Part shown: positions 1 through 10,731 of the stretch, in pieces
Numbering within the stretch: position 1 is the first letter of the stretch
How the letters are laid out: every line of letters begins with the position of its first letter
Sequence record: SRR31156797_36528
DNA: 39,775 nucleotides
Direction: 5' to 3' (one strand)
The notes under the pieces: model-generated
The model's database searches: none
The model's input: the letters and a program-made list of their open reading frames with translations, nothing else
What the model was told of the DNA's origin: nothing
Translations under genes and position numbers: made by a program

Positions 1-312
1 TGCAACTTTCACCACATTGCCTTTCCCGATGCCCATATGATGCACAAAATCGTTCAGGTCCATTTCCCTGAAATCGGCAAGGATCTGCTTGAAAGTTCCA
101 TTCGTGCTTTCTACAAAGTGCGGGACTTCAGGGGGATTGAAAAAAAGCCGGCCACACGGGAGTTGATCAACTGGATTCGTGCCCTGCAGGCGGACCCCGA
201 TTTCAAAGTCAAGAATCTGGTGAAAGGTGACCTGCCTTACCTGGGTGTTCTGTTTAAGAAAAGCCCCGATTACGCCATCGCTAAAAATGCCTCCGCCCGT
301 ATGAGGATTTAA
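1..312 (+). CDS. MoxR/CoxD-family AAA+ ATPase, C-terminal part (truncated by window start)
   Basis: Frame is open from base 1 (CNFHHIAFPD...). KKPATRELINW matches the MoxR lid motif. Directly followed by a VWA gene. Confidence 0.8.
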   Translation, partial: CNFHHIAFPDAHMMHKIVQVHFPEIGKDLLESSIRAFYKVRDFRGIEKKPATRELINWIRALQADPDFKVKNLVKGDLPYLGVLFKKSPDYAIAKNASARMRI

Positions 313-317
313 ATACC

Positions 318-1511
318 ATGTTTACCAGCTTCTTCTTTCTGCTCAGAAAAGTGGGCATCCCCGTATCACCCACCAGCTTTTTGCGCCTCCAAAAGGCGTT
401 GGGCATGGGATTGATCACGTCCATTGAGGATTTTTACACGGCGGCCAGATCCATCCTTGTGAAAAGTGAAAAATATTTCGATCTCTACGATCAGGCTTTC
501 GCACACCGCTTCGAGGGCGCCGAGCTGAAGGACCCGGAGGCATTCGAAATCAGCCAGGTGGCCCAGGCCATGCTGGAAGAATGGTTGAAGGATCCCAAGG
601 GTGTTGCCGACGCACTGGGGATGGATGAGGACGAACTCAGCAAATTGAGCCCGGAAGAGCTGCTTCAGTACTTTCTCGACCGTCTCAAAGAACAGACCGA
701 GGAGCATCACGGGGGGGCCAAATGGATCGGCACGGGCGGCACCTCTCCGGTGGGTCACTCGGGCTATCATCCGGGCGGCATGCGGGTGGGGGGTGTTTCC
801 CGAAACAAGTCCGCTGTCAAGGTGGCCATGGACAGACGGTACAAGGACTATTCCCAGGACGGACCGCTCACCCAGGCCCAGATCGGCGAAGCCCTGAAAC
901 GGCTTCGGAATATGGTGCCCAGTGGTCCCAGGGACGTGGTCAACATCGATGAGACCATTTACCAGACCATGAAAAACGCGGGGGAAATAGAGATCATTTT
1001 TGAACGGAGTTTAAAGGACCGTCTGAAAGTCATCCTGGCCATCGACAACGGGGGATGGTCCATGGATCCCTATATCGAAATGGTGCAGACCCTCTTCTAC
1101 TACGCGCGGGCCCAGTTCAAGGAAGTGAAGACCTACTTTTTCCACAATACCATTTACGATCAGATCTGGCAGGACCCTGCCCGGTACAGGAAACCGTATC
1201 GAGTTGATGAATTGATCCGGAGGGATCCGGAAACCCGTGTGGTCATCGTGGGGGATGCCAGCATGGCGCCCTATGAATTGATGGCCTCGGATGGGAGTAT
1301 CCATATCGAGGAAAGGTCCTCCCGCCCCAGCCATGAAAGATTGCGGTTTATCGCCGACACCTTTCCCCATTGTGTCTGGATCAACCCCAAGATGGCGGCG
1401 GAATGGCCCTATACCCGAAGTATCATGATGATCCGGGAAATATTTCCCATGTTCGAGTTGACCATCGACGGCCTGGAAAAGGCCGTCGGCCACCTCATGA
1501 GTGACAATTGA
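318..1511 (+). CDS. VWA-domain CoxE-like protein (MoxR partner)
   Basis: HHGGAKWIGTGGTSPVGHSG motif, MIDAS-like IDNGGWSMDPY, VGDASMAPYEL; adjacent to MoxR. Confidence 0.85.
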   Translation: MFTSFFFLLRKVGIPVSPTSFLRLQKALGMGLITSIEDFYTAARSILVKSEKYFDLYDQAFAHRFEGAELKDPEAFEISQVAQAMLEEWLKDPKGVADALGMDEDELSKLSPEELLQYFLDRLKEQTEEHHGGAKWIGTGGTSPVGHSGYHPGGMRVGGVSRNKSAVKVAMDRRYKDYSQDGPLTQAQIGEALKRLRNMVPSGPRDVVNIDETIYQTMKNAGEIEIIFERSLKDRLKVILAIDNGGWSMDPYIEMVQTLFYYARAQFKEVKTYFFHNTIYDQIWQDPARYRKPYRVDELIRRDPETRVVIVGDASMAPYELMASDGSIHIEERSSRPSHERLRFIADTFPHCVWINPKMAAEWPYTRSIMMIREIFPMFELTIDGLEKAVGHLMSDN

Positions 1512-1644
1512 GGAATGGTTTGGGTTTATATTTTACTTTATCGAACTCTACTTGAATCCGAGGTGCCGACAAATATCACCAAATCCTCGTCTCTTAAAAG
1601 GATAAAATCATCGACCATGGGGAGGTCGTGAAATCAGATTTCCC

Positions 1645-1674
1645 TTGACTTTAGGCAATTCTTGTCATTACATT
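1645..1674 (+). promoter_or_regulatory. Candidate sigma70 promoter
   Basis: TTGACT (1645-1650), 18-nt spacer, TACATT (1669-1674) in an AT-rich intergenic region; a TATAAT also lies at 1681. Confidence 0.35.
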
Positions 1675-1727
1675 CTCTAATATAATATCCAACAAACCCT
1701 TTAACCTCTATTTCAGGAGGTTATCTC

Positions 1728-1832
1728 ATGCAATTCCACCTCAAAATGTACATGCCCGCTCCTGATGGGCACTCTTTGCCTGTTGGGAGTCCGAATCTTT
1801 TCCATCTAAAGCAAAACCCATCAACGTCTTAG
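1728..1832 (+). CDS. Possible 34-aa small ORF (MQFHLKMYMPAPDGHSLPVGSPNLFHLKQNPSTS)
   Basis: AGGAGG Shine-Dalgarno 7 nt before the ATG, downstream of a candidate promoter; no family recognised. Confidence 0.3.
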   Translation: MQFHLKMYMPAPDGHSLPVGSPNLFHLKQNPSTS

Positions 1833-1950
1833 GTAAATGATAAGGTAGTTTTTTCAACACAACCTTGAAGAATCGCCAAAAGTGACCCTCATTTTTCCAT
1901 GATTCGCGTCCGGATCTGCCGGTGAGTGCGGAAGGGTGGAAAAAAATACC

Positions 1951-2820
1951 ATGGACAACAGGATAGAACCCATTGAGATGGACCTGCTGCTGGAAGCCGT
2001 CTTCCGTCGTTACGGCTACGATTTCCGCTCCTATGCCAGGGCGTCCATGGAGCGAAGGGTCAGGGGGTTCATGTCGAGGGCCGGATGCGCGTCGGTGTCC
2101 GAGATGATTCCGAAGGTTTTGCATGACAAGGGGTTTTTCTCGCGCCTGGTCCGGCACTTTTCCATCCCGGTAACCGAGATGTTCCGCGACCCGTTCGTCT
2201 ACCGTGCCGTAAGGGAGAAAGTGGTTCCGCTGCTCAGGACCTGGCCCCATTTCAAGATCTGGCATGCCGGGTGCGCCACCGGCGAAGAGGCCTACTCGCT
2301 GGCCATCGTGCTCAAGGAGGAAGGGGTCTACCACCGGGCGACCATCTACGCCACCGATTTCAACGACGAGGCCCTCGACCGGGCCCGGGAAGGCATCTAT
2401 GAGGTCGGTAAAATGAAGGAAGCCACCCGGAGCTATCAGCAGGCGGGCGGGAAGGGCTCCTTTTCGGAGTATCACCACGCCCGGTACGACGCGGTGGCCA
2501 TGAGCGATTCGCTCAAGGAACGCATTACTTTCGCCAATCACAACCTGGCGATGGACGGGGCATTCGGTGAGATGCACCTGGTCTTTTGCAGGAACGTCCT
2601 GATCTATTTCAACCGCGAGCTTCAGAACCGGGTGCTGGCACTTTTTACGGATAGTCTTATGCACGGCGGTTTTCTTTGTCTCGGCACCAAGGAAAGCCTC
2701 CGGTTTACCCATGTGAACAACCTCTACCGGGTGGTGGACGAAAAAGCGAAAATCTTCGGAAAGACGGGTCCATCGCCCTTTCCGTTGACGAGCGGGTTAA
2801 CTGGTCGAGGCCCTCAATAG
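1951..2820 (+). CDS. cheR: CheR-family protein-glutamate O-methyltransferase (orphan, kinase-associated type)
   Basis: YGYDFRSY, VTEMFRDP, IWHAGCATGEEAYS, YATDFN, FCRNVLIYF motifs. An alternative GTG start lies at 1936. The last ~20 codons run into a cheB remnant. Confidence 0.92.
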   Translation: MDNRIEPIEMDLLLEAVFRRYGYDFRSYARASMERRVRGFMSRAGCASVSEMIPKVLHDKGFFSRLVRHFSIPVTEMFRDPFVYRAVREKVVPLLRTWPHFKIWHAGCATGEEAYSLAIVLKEEGVYHRATIYATDFNDEALDRAREGIYEVGKMKEATRSYQQAGGKGSFSEYHHARYDAVAMSDSLKERITFANHNLAMDGAFGEMHLVFCRNVLIYFNRELQNRVLALFTDSLMHGGFLCLGTKESLRFTHVNNLYRVVDEKAKIFGKTGPSPFPLTSGLTGRGPQ

Positions 2821-2900
2821 ACGCGCTTTTTTTGAAAGCGCCGCCTGGGTCTGGGGAGAATCTCCGACATCGGTCATCCTCTCGGAAGCGCAAAACGGTG
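2760..2900 (+). pseudogene. cheB: Frameshifted internal fragment of CheB methylesterase
   Basis: Reads DGSIALSVDERVNWSRPSIDALF, then after two extra T in the T7 run (2827-2833) ESAAWVWGESPTSVILSEAQNG. This matches the CheB motif RPSIDVLFESAA..G...GVILTG. Confidence 0.75.
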
Positions 2901-2954
2901 AGCGATTGCCGGTTTCCCACATTGGCCGAGAAATTCAGTGAGGTGCTGGAGAAG

Positions 2955-4796
2955 ATGACCACCAAGGCGATATTGATTGTGGAGGATGACCGGATCGTGG
3001 CCGAAGGGATCAAGCACAGCTTGAAACGGCTTGGATATTCTGTTTCGGGTATTGTCCCTTCCGGGGAAGAGGCCCTTCACCGGGTGAAAGAGACCCGCCC
3101 CGACCTGGTCCTCATGGATATCCGTCTTGAGGGTGAAATGGACGGGATCGAAGCGGCCGCGCTCCTTCGGTCCCGATTCAACCTGCCGGCCATATATCTT
3201 ACGGCCTACGCGGATAAGGAGACGCTGGACCGGGCCGCGAAAAGCGGACCCTTCGGATATATCGTCAAGCCCTTTGATGATCGGGACTTACACACGGCCA
3301 TTGAGATCGGGCTCTACAAATACGGGATGGAAAAAGCGCTTCGGGAAAGCGAGGAAAGGTACCGGATTCTCGTGGAACAATCTCCGTTTGCCCTATCCCT
3401 CATGGGCGCGGATGGCCGCTACAAATACGTGAATCCCAGGTTTGTGGAGATATTCGGATACGGGCTTGAGGAGATGGCCACGGAGGAGGATCGGAAAAAG
3501 CATGGGATGGGAAAGGTTCGGCACCGGACCCACGGGGTGACCTGCAAGGATGGCTCCAAGAAAATCATCCGCTTCAGTCCGGTGTCCATGGAAACCGGTG
3601 ATCAGCTGGTCATCTATGAAGACGTTACGGAAACACAGCGCTTGGAACAACAATTGCGCCAGACCCAGAAGATGGAGGCCATTGGAACGATGGCAGGGGG
3701 TATCGCCCACGATTTCAATAACATCCTCTCCGCAATCCTGGGTTACACGGACCTGGCCCTCCAAAAGGTGGATGAAGAGGGGGTTTTGAAGGACTTACGG
3801 GAAGTGTACAGGGCCGGTATCCGCGCAAAGGATCTGATTAGGCGGATCCTGACCTTCAGCCGGCAGACCACCCGGGAGCGCAGGCCCATCCGGGTGAAAT
3901 CCCTTGCAAAGGAAACCTTGAAACTGCTCCGGTCGTCCCTCCCCGCCACCATTGAGATCCACCCTGGCATCCTGAGTGACGATTTGGTCATGGCCGACCC
4001 CACTGAGATTCATCAGGTGCTCATGAATTTATGCACCAATGCCGGGCAGGCCATGGAGGAAGAAGGGGGCATCCTTGAGGTGGGCTTGACCCGTATCTCT
4101 CTTGATTCCCGTTTTACGGCCATGCACCCGGACATGAAACCCGGAGCGTTTCTTAAACTGGCCGTGCGGGATACGGGTTGCGGCATCGCCCCCGAGACAA
4201 TGGACAGAATTTTCGATCCGTTTTTCACCACAAAAGAAAAGGGGAAGGGGACCGGCCTGGGGCTTTCGGTGGTTCACGGTATCGTCAAAGACCTCGGGGG
4301 TACCATCGATGTCTACAGCGAACCCTTAAAGGGTTCGGAATTCAAGGTTTATTTGCCGGTCATGGAAGGTAAGATCCAAGAGGTCCATGATTTTTCGGCG
4401 CCCCTTCCCACCGGAGACGAGCGCATTCTGTTCGTGGATGACGAAGCCCCTGTCAGGGATTTGAGTCAAAGGCTCCTTGAGTCCCTGGGGTATCATGTGG
4501 AGGTCACATGCAACGGCATGGAGGCCCTGGAACGTTTCAAGGCGGATCCTGAAAGATTTGATCTGGTCATTACCGATATGACCATGCCCCGTATGACGGG
4601 GGACCGGCTTGCCCGGGAGTTGATGGCGGTTCGTCCCCATATTCCCGTGATTCTTTGTACCGGTTTCAGCGCCCGCATGGACGAAAACAGGGCAAAGGGG
4701 ATGGGGATCCGGGCATTTGTCCTGAAGCCGCTCATCAAGAGCCATATGGCCGGAATTATCCGGACGGTGCTGGAGGGTGGCAATAAAAAAAAATGA
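2955..4796 (+). CDS. Hybrid sensor histidine kinase (REC-PAS-HisKA-HATPase-REC)
   Basis: ILIVEDD and DLVLMDI receiver, [12 protein letters not shown]-box, [22 protein letters not shown]-terminal receiver. Start moved from 2676 to the ATG at 2955 because the upstream part is cheR/cheB sequence. Confidence 0.9.
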   Translation: MTTKAILIVEDDRIVAEGIKHSLKRLGYSVSGIVPSGEEALHRVKETRPDLVLMDIRLEGEMDGIEAAALLRSRFNLPAIYLTAYADKETLDRAAKSGPFGYIVKPFDDRDLHTAIEIGLYKYGMEKALRESEERYRILVEQSPFALSLMGADGRYKYVNPRFVEIFGYGLEEMATEEDRKKHGMGKVRHRTHGVTCKDGSKKIIRFSPVSMETGDQLVIYEDVTETQRLEQQLRQTQKMEAIGTMAGGIAHDFNNILSAILGYTDLALQKVDEEGVLKDLREVYRAGIRAKDLIRRILTFSRQTTRERRPIRVKSLAKETLKLLRSSLPATIEIHPGILSDDLVMADPTEIHQVLMNLCTNAGQAMEEEGGILEVGLTRISLDSRFTAMHPDMKPGAFLKLAVRDTGCGIAPETMDRIFDPFFTTKEKGKGTGLGLSVVHGIVKDLGGTIDVYSEPLKGSEFKVYLPVMEGKIQEVHDFSAPLPTGDERILFVDDEAPVRDLSQRLLESLGYHVEVTCNGMEALERFKADPERFDLVITDMTMPRMTGDRLARELMAVRPHIPVILCTGFSARMDENRAKGMGIRAFVLKPLIKSHMAGIIRTVLEGGNKKK

Positions 4797-4912
4797 CGAA
4801 AACGAAAAGACCCCCAGGGAAAGGGGGCGTGTCATGATGCGGTTCAGGGAGGCCGGGCAAAGGGCCTGATCTGCAACGCACGGTCATCAAAAGAGCCGGG
4901 GAGGGGAGACAC

Positions 4913-6517
4913 ATGGATGAAAAACAGAAGATCCTGATCGTGGACGACAGAAAGGAAAACCTCGTTGCCCTCCGGCAGGTTTTGAGCGGGGTGGACGTGG
5001 AGATCGTGGAGGCCACCAGCGGGAACCAGGCCCTCACCATGACCATCGTCCACGACTTTTCCCTGGCGATCCTCGACGTGCGGATGCCCGGGATGGACGG
5101 CTTCGAGCTGGCCGGGCTTCTGCGGGGCGACCCCAAGACGGCGAAACTCCCCGTCATTTTCGTGACTGCGGTCTCCGGTCAGGAGAGAGACGTCTTCAAG
5201 GGGTACGAGGCGGGGGCCGTCGATTATATCGTGAAACCTTACAGCCCGGCGGTTCTGGTGGCGAAAGTGCGCGTGTTCCTGGAGCTGCAGGCCGCAAAAC
5301 GGGCGCTCGCCCGGAGGATCCTTGAATTGTCCGCCTCCGAGGAACGGTATCGAACGCTGGTTGCCACCATCCCCGACATCGTCTATCGCATCGATGGGGA
5401 GGGCCGGTTCACCTTCTTAAACGACGCCGTGAGGGTTCTCGGATATGGTCCCGAAGAACTGATGGGAGTGCCTTTCGCCGAGATTGTTCTCCCCGCCGAC
5501 CTGGAGAACGTCAGCCGTCGCTTCGTGCTCCCCAGGTTCACGGGCAAACGCACCGGCCTTGGGGGAGCGCCCAAGCTCTTTGACGAACGGCGACGGGCTG
5601 CCAGGAAGACCGTGGCCATGGAGGTGCGCCTGGTTTCGCGGAGCGCCGGGCAAGCCGTGCCCGGCGAACTCCACAGCGGGGGCCGGCCCGTGCTCACAGC
5701 CGAGGTCAACAGCTCCGGCCTGTATGCCGGCACCGAAGAGGCCCCTCCCACCTTTCTCGGCTCCGTGGGTGTCATCCGGGACGTCTCCCAGCGCAAGGCG
5801 AGTGAAATCGAGCTCACCCGGTATCGACGGGGGTTGGAAAGAATGGTCCGGGAGCAAACCGCCCAACTGGAGGAGCGGATTTTGGAAAAAGAGGTGCTGT
5901 TGAAAGAGGTCCACCACCGGGTTAAAAACAATATGCAGGTCATGAGCACCCTGCTCATGCTTCAGGGCGAACAAATCAGGGAAAAAGAGGTTGCGGACCT
6001 GTTTCAGGAAGCCTGCGACCGCATCAAATCCATGGCGCTCATTCACGAGATGCTCTACCGCTCGGAAGATTTCGCGAAGGTTGATATGGCCCGTTATTTC
6101 GAAGCCCTTGCGGCCGGCCTGTTCAGGTTTTACGGAATTGATCTCAACCGGATCCGGTTCGAGTCCCAAACCGCTTCCGTCCACGTGGAAATGGACACGG
6201 CCATCCCCTGCGGGCTCATGGCCAACGAGCTGATTTCCAACGCCCTGAAACATGCCTTTCCCGGGGAGGCGGCGGGCCGTATCCGCCTGAGCATGCGGTC
6301 CCTGGGTGAAGAGGGGTTTGAATTATCCGTCAGCGATGACGGCGTGGGGCTGCCGGAAGACCTTGATATGGGAAAGACGGAATCATTGGGCCTGCGCCTG
6401 GTCCGCATGCTGGCGGAAGACCAGCTTCACGGCCGGCTCGTGGTTGACCGAACGGGGGGGACCCGATTCACCGCCCGGTTTAAGGGAAAAATGAAAGGAA
6501 ACGGGGATGAGAGATGA
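4913..6517 (+). CDS. REC-PAS-HisKA_2 sensor histidine kinase
   Basis: N-terminal receiver (ILIVDD, LDVRMPGMDG), PAS, EVHHRVKNNMQV H-box, NELISNALKHAF, SLGLRLV. Confidence 0.9.
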   Translation: MDEKQKILIVDDRKENLVALRQVLSGVDVEIVEATSGNQALTMTIVHDFSLAILDVRMPGMDGFELAGLLRGDPKTAKLPVIFVTAVSGQERDVFKGYEAGAVDYIVKPYSPAVLVAKVRVFLELQAAKRALARRILELSASEERYRTLVATIPDIVYRIDGEGRFTFLNDAVRVLGYGPEELMGVPFAEIVLPADLENVSRRFVLPRFTGKRTGLGGAPKLFDERRRAARKTVAMEVRLVSRSAGQAVPGELHSGGRPVLTAEVNSSGLYAGTEEAPPTFLGSVGVIRDVSQRKASEIELTRYRRGLERMVREQTAQLEERILEKEVLLKEVHHRVKNNMQVMSTLLMLQGEQIREKEVADLFQEACDRIKSMALIHEMLYRSEDFAKVDMARYFEALAAGLFRFYGIDLNRIRFESQTASVHVEMDTAIPCGLMANELISNALKHAFPGEAAGRIRLSMRSLGEEGFELSVSDDGVGLPEDLDMGKTESLGLRLVRMLAEDQLHGRLVVDRTGGTRFTARFKGKMKGNGDER

Positions 6518-6567
6518 CCATCAGGGCGGATATTATGAGGCTACGCGCCTCCTGATCCTGTGAACCC

Positions 6568-6615
6568 TAAACCACGCACCTGACAGGGAGAAGAGACATG
6601 GCCAAAGAAAAAAGG
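6568..6615 (+). repeat. 48-bp imperfect direct repeat, copy 1 (kaiB 3' end remnant + RBS + kaiB start)
   Basis: 42/48 identical to 10684-10731 by manual alignment. Confidence 0.8.
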
Positions 6616-6951
6616 GAGGCCAAACCGAAAGACAGGCGTGAAACCTTTGAAAAGGCGGCTGCGGGTTCAAAAAAAAAGGAATATACCCTTCGTCTCTTTG
6701 TCACCGGGACAACGCCCAGGTCCATGAGGGCCATCGCCAATATCAAGGAGATCTGTGAAGCGCATCTCAAAGGCCGCTATGGCCTGGAAGTCATAGACCT
6801 TTACCGGTATCCCAGGCTGGCCAAGGGAGAGCAGATCATCGCCGCGCCCACGCTGATCAAAAAACTGCCTTTGCCCATACGAAGGCTTGTGGGGGAGCTC
6901 TCCGACAGGGAAAAGGTCCTTTTCGGCCTGGATATCAAGCCAAACCCATAA
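6598..6951 (+). CDS. kaiB: KaiB-family protein
   Basis: YTLRLFVTGTTPRS, LEVIDL, QIIAAPTLIKKLPLPIRRLVGELS. Confidence 0.92.
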   Translation: MAKEKREAKPKDRRETFEKAAAGSKKKEYTLRLFVTGTTPRSMRAIANIKEICEAHLKGRYGLEVIDLYRYPRLAKGEQIIAAPTLIKKLPLPIRRLVGELSDREKVLFGLDIKPNP

Positions 6952-6963
6952 GAGGGAGGTTTT

Positions 6964-9804
6964 ATGATGAGCCGGGAGACCAGGAGTAAAGCCCAGCTTT
7001 TAAAAGAGATGGATGCGCTGGAGCGTCGACTGGAGGAGGTGGAAGAGGCCCTTCGGGCCATCCGAAAGGGTGAAGTGGACGCAATCTGTGTCGAAGGGCC
7101 TGAGGGGGATCGGATCTTCACCTTGAAGGGCGCGGATCAGACCTATCGCAAACTCATCGAGGAGATGAATCAAGGGGCGGTCACCACCACGGCGGACGGG
7201 ACCATTCTCTATGCCAACAAGGCCTTTACAGAGATGATTCAAGCGCCTCATGAATGTATGGCGGGGGCTTCCATCAACCAATGCATAGCCCCGCAACACA
7301 AAGCCCTGTTTGCGGCCCTCTTTCAGCGGGGGGTTCAGGAAAACGCAGGGGGAGAAATCCTGTTGCATGGTGAGGAAGGCTCTCCCGTACCGGTCTATGT
7401 TTCCATCAATACGGTCTTGTTGGAAGGTGAGCGGGTGATCTGTATCGCGGTTACAGATCTGACCGGACAAAAACGTCAGGAAGAAGTCGTCCGATCCGAG
7501 AGACTCTCCCGTGCCATCCTGGAAGGGGCAGGAGAGGCTATTGTGGTATGTGACAGGGGTGGCATCATTATTCGTGCCAACCATGCAGCACAAAGGCTTG
7601 TTGAAAGTCCTGTACTGATGAGATCCTTTGATGATCTATTTGCAATTCAGATGGTATCCCGGGACAATCATGGGGCTGCCCGACCCTTTTCCCTGTCCCG
7701 GGCCCTGAAAGGGGATTATTTTCACGGCAAAGAGGTGGTGCTGAAGAGAGAGAACCGGGAAGCGCTCTATTTCCTGCTCAGCGCCACCCCTTTGCGGAGT
7801 GAAAAGGAAATGATCGGGTGCGTTCTGGTCCTGACGGATGTGACAGACTCTAAAAGATTTAAAAGGGAACTCGAAGCCGAAAGAAAGCGATTGGCCGTCT
7901 CCTTAAAACGGTATCAAGACCTCTTTAACGGCATCAGCGACCTGATTATGACCCACGATATGGAAGGCCGGCTGCTCAGCGTAAACCCCGCCGTATCCAA
8001 GACCCTGGGCTACACCTCTGAGAAAATGATCGGGCGGCCCGTCAGTGATTTCATGCTTCCAAAATTTCGACCCATTTTTCGAGAGGAGTATTTAAAGCAA
8101 ATCAGGGAGAAAGGGCTCTTAAAGGGCGTGGTCTTCTTTCAGGCACAAGACGGAACCGGACATTACGTGGAGTACATCAATACCCTTATCGAGAAAGAAG
8201 GGAGCGAACCATACGTTAGCGCTTCCGGCCGCGATATTACCGAGCGCGTGTATGCCGGGCGCGCCTTGCGGGAGAGTGAGGGGAGATTTCGCGCCATGTT
8301 TGAGCAGGCAGCTGTGGGTGTCGGTCAGATTGAGACTGAAACAGGGCGGTTTGTGAGGGTCAATCAAAAGTATTGCGACATCATCGGCTACACACAGGAA
8401 GAAACAGCCGAGATCACCTTTATGGAGATCACCCATCCCGATGATCTGGAGCAGTCTCTGGATGACATCCAAAGGCTAATAAGGGGTGAGATTAGAGATT
8501 CAACGGTTGAAAAGCGATATCTCCGCAAAGATGGCACCATTGTCTGGGTGAATCTTACCATATCCCCCATGTGGGGTGTTGATGAAAAGCCGAACCATCA
8601 TATTGCCGTGGTGCAGGACATTACCCGGATAAAAAACGCAGAGATAGAAAAAAGGAAGCTTGAGGCCCGGTTCCTTCATGCCCAGAAAATGGAGTCCATC
8701 GGCCGGCTGGCAGGCGGTATAGCCCATGATTTCAACAACCTGCTCACAACCATCTTCGGATATTCGGATCTGGTGATGAGCCGCATGGGAAGGGACAATC
8801 CCCTCTTTGGCGACGTAGAGGAGATCAAGCTGGCAGGGAAACGGGCGGCCGGCTTGATCCGCCAGCTCCTGGCCTTCAGCCGCAGGCAGATCATCCAGCC
8901 AATGGTGCTGGACCTGAACAGGGTTATCGGGGATATGGAAAAAATGTTGCGCCGCCTGATCGGCGAGGATATCCAATTGGCGACGACCCCGGGATCCGAC
9001 CTGTGGGAGGTCAAGGTGGATCCCGGGCAGATCGAGCAGGTGATCATGAACCTGATCGTGAATTCAAGGGATGCCATGCCGCTCGGAGGAAAGCTCACCA
9101 TCGAAACGGTCAATGTGGACCTGGATGATGGATATGCCCGCAATCATGGGATAGAACCGACCCGGGGTCCCCGTGTGATGCTTGCCATAAGTGATACGGG
9201 AGAAGGAATGGACAAAGAGACCCGGTCCAGGATCTTTGAACCTTTCTTCACGACCAAGGAGACAGGCAGGGGCACGGGCTTAGGGCTTTCCACGGTTTAC
9301 GGCATCGTGGAACAGAACAACGGCTTCATCTGGGTCTATAGCGAACCCGGGGAGGGAACGACCTTCAAGATCTATCTGCCAAGAGCGGAAGGGACCGAAA
9401 CCCTGACACAAGAAGCGTCACCGGGGGAAACGTTTGGGGGTTCGGAAACGATCCTGGTGGTGGAAGACGATCCGTTCGTCCGGGAATTGGCTGCGAAGGT
9501 CCTTTCGGTCTGTGGATACACGGTCCTGCAGGCGAAGGCCGGCGAAGAGGCCCTGGACGTCCTTGGCGGGCACGAGGGGGAGGTCCACCTCCTTTTGACC
9601 GATCTGGTCCTGCCGGGCATGAACGGCAGGGAGCTGGCAGAGGGGTTGATCTTGCAATCTCCCCACACAAAGGTCCTGTACATGTCCGGGTATACGGACA
9701 ACACCATTGTCCGGCATGGCATGCTCGGGAAAGGGATTGCATTTATCCCAAAGCCCTTCTCTCCGGAATCCTTGGCCCTGAAGGTGAGGGAAGTCTTGGA
9801 ATGA
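6964..9804 (+). CDS. Multi-PAS hybrid sensor histidine kinase (kaiBC-associated type)
   Basis: N-terminal [16 protein letters not shown] segment, about four PAS domains, [11 protein letters not shown], HATPase, C-terminal receiver. Confidence 0.9.
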   Translation: MMSRETRSKAQLLKEMDALERRLEEVEEALRAIRKGEVDAICVEGPEGDRIFTLKGADQTYRKLIEEMNQGAVTTTADGTILYANKAFTEMIQAPHECMAGASINQCIAPQHKALFAALFQRGVQENAGGEILLHGEEGSPVPVYVSINTVLLEGERVICIAVTDLTGQKRQEEVVRSERLSRAILEGAGEAIVVCDRGGIIIRANHAAQRLVESPVLMRSFDDLFAIQMVSRDNHGAARPFSLSRALKGDYFHGKEVVLKRENREALYFLLSATPLRSEKEMIGCVLVLTDVTDSKRFKRELEAERKRLAVSLKRYQDLFNGISDLIMTHDMEGRLLSVNPAVSKTLGYTSEKMIGRPVSDFMLPKFRPIFREEYLKQIREKGLLKGVVFFQAQDGTGHYVEYINTLIEKEGSEPYVSASGRDITERVYAGRALRESEGRFRAMFEQAAVGVGQIETETGRFVRVNQKYCDIIGYTQEETAEITFMEITHPDDLEQSLDDIQRLIRGEIRDSTVEKRYLRKDGTIVWVNLTISPMWGVDEKPNHHIAVVQDITRIKNAEIEKRKLEARFLHAQKMESIGRLAGGIAHDFNNLLTTIFGYSDLVMSRMGRDNPLFGDVEEIKLAGKRAAGLIRQLLAFSRRQIIQPMVLDLNRVIGDMEKMLRRLIGEDIQLATTPGSDLWEVKVDPGQIEQVIMNLIVNSRDAMPLGGKLTIETVNVDLDDGYARNHGIEPTRGPRVMLAISDTGEGMDKETRSRIFEPFFTTKETGRGTGLGLSTVYGIVEQNNGFIWVYSEPGEGTTFKIYLPRAEGTETLTQEASPGETFGGSETILVVEDDPFVRELAAKVLSVCGYTVLQAKAGEEALDVLGGHEGEVHLLLTDLVLPGMNGRELAEGLILQSPHTKVLYMSGYTDNTIVRHGMLGKGIAFIPKPFSPESLALKVREVLE

Positions 9805-9827
9805 CGAAGGATGAAAGGAGGATATCC

Positions 9828-10346
9828 ATGATAAAACCAAAGAAAAAAGAGGTCTTGCCTTCTCTTGGCAAATGCCCTACGGGCATCCGCGGGTTTGATG
9901 AGATTACCGGAGGAGGGCTTCCCGAAGGACGGCCGACGCTGCTGTGCGGCGGTGCGGGGTCCGGGAAAACACTGCTGGCCATGGAGTTTCTTGTCCGGGG
10001 GGCCATGGTCTATTCCAGCCAGATTCGCGAGTTTGTGATAACCGATAAGGGGATCGACCTTATCGATGTGTATGCGGGGCCGGGCGGGGTGCTCACCGGC
10101 ACGGCCCGTATGATCCGGGAAGCCGAAGAAAAGGCGGCCAGGCTCATGCGGGACCAGGAGGTTTCCGCCAAAAAACGAGAACTTGACCGCAGGCGCAAGG
10201 CCCTGGAGGCCCGGATCGCAATACTTCATGCAGGGTTTGAGGCAGAGGAGGAAGCGCTGAAGAAAGCCATAGGGGAAGCAGAATCAAGGGAGAAAGACCT
10301 TGGGGAGCTCCTGAAAGAAACGGCAAAGGCAAGAGGCAAAGATTGA
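9828..10346 (+). pseudogene. kaiC: KaiC with a large in-frame internal deletion (172 aa); pseudogene or mini-protein
   Basis: CI start (PTGIRGFDEITGGGLP, Walker A GGAGSGKT) is fused directly to the CII end (QIREFVITDKGI..GVLTGTAR) and a coiled-coil tail. AAGGAGG RBS intact. Confidence 0.85.
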
Positions 10347-10369
10347 ACCGTATTCACAGGAGACATGTC

Positions 10370-10699
10370 ATGCCCGCGAAAAAAAAGGCCCTATCCAAAG
10401 AGACCGAAACAGATCTGAAAGAAGAGAGATACCTGCTGAGACTCTACGTGGCCGGTCAGACGCCCAACTGCGTCAAGGCCTTCTCCAATCTCAGAAAGAT
10501 CTGCGAGGAACACCTGAAGGACAGATATAACATTGAAGTGATCGACCTTCTGGAGAACCCGCAGCTGGCCAGGGGGGAGCAGATCACGGCCATACCGACC
10601 CTGATCCGGAAACTCCCGCCGCCCATTAGAAAGATCGTAGGGAACCTATCCAGAACCGACCGGGTCCTGGTGGGCCTTGACCTTAAAGCACGCGCCTGA
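10370..10699 (+). CDS. kaiB: KaiB-family protein
   Basis: [56 protein letters not shown] before the ATG at 10370. Confidence 0.93.
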   Translation: MPAKKKALSKETETDLKEERYLLRLYVAGQTPNCVKAFSNLRKICEEHLKDRYNIEVIDLLENPQLARGEQITAIPTLIRKLPPPIRKIVGNLSRTDRVLVGLDLKARA

Positions 10700-10731
10700 C
10701 AGGGAGACGGGACATGGCCAACGGAAAAAGG
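10684..10731 (+). repeat. 48-bp imperfect direct repeat, copy 2
   Basis: 42/48 identical to 6568-6615. Confidence 0.8.

Noticed and set aside
1741-2712. 323-aa minus-strand ORF
   Set aside because: Antisense shadow of cheR with no recognisable motifs; such shadows are common in GC-rich coding DNA.
2676-2954. N-terminal 93 aa of the 706-aa kinase ORF
   Set aside because: Derived from the cheR overlap and the cheB remnant; the receiver domain starts at 2955.
6598-10699. A functional circadian clock
   Set aside because: No kaiA is present and kaiC lacks most of both ATPase domains.
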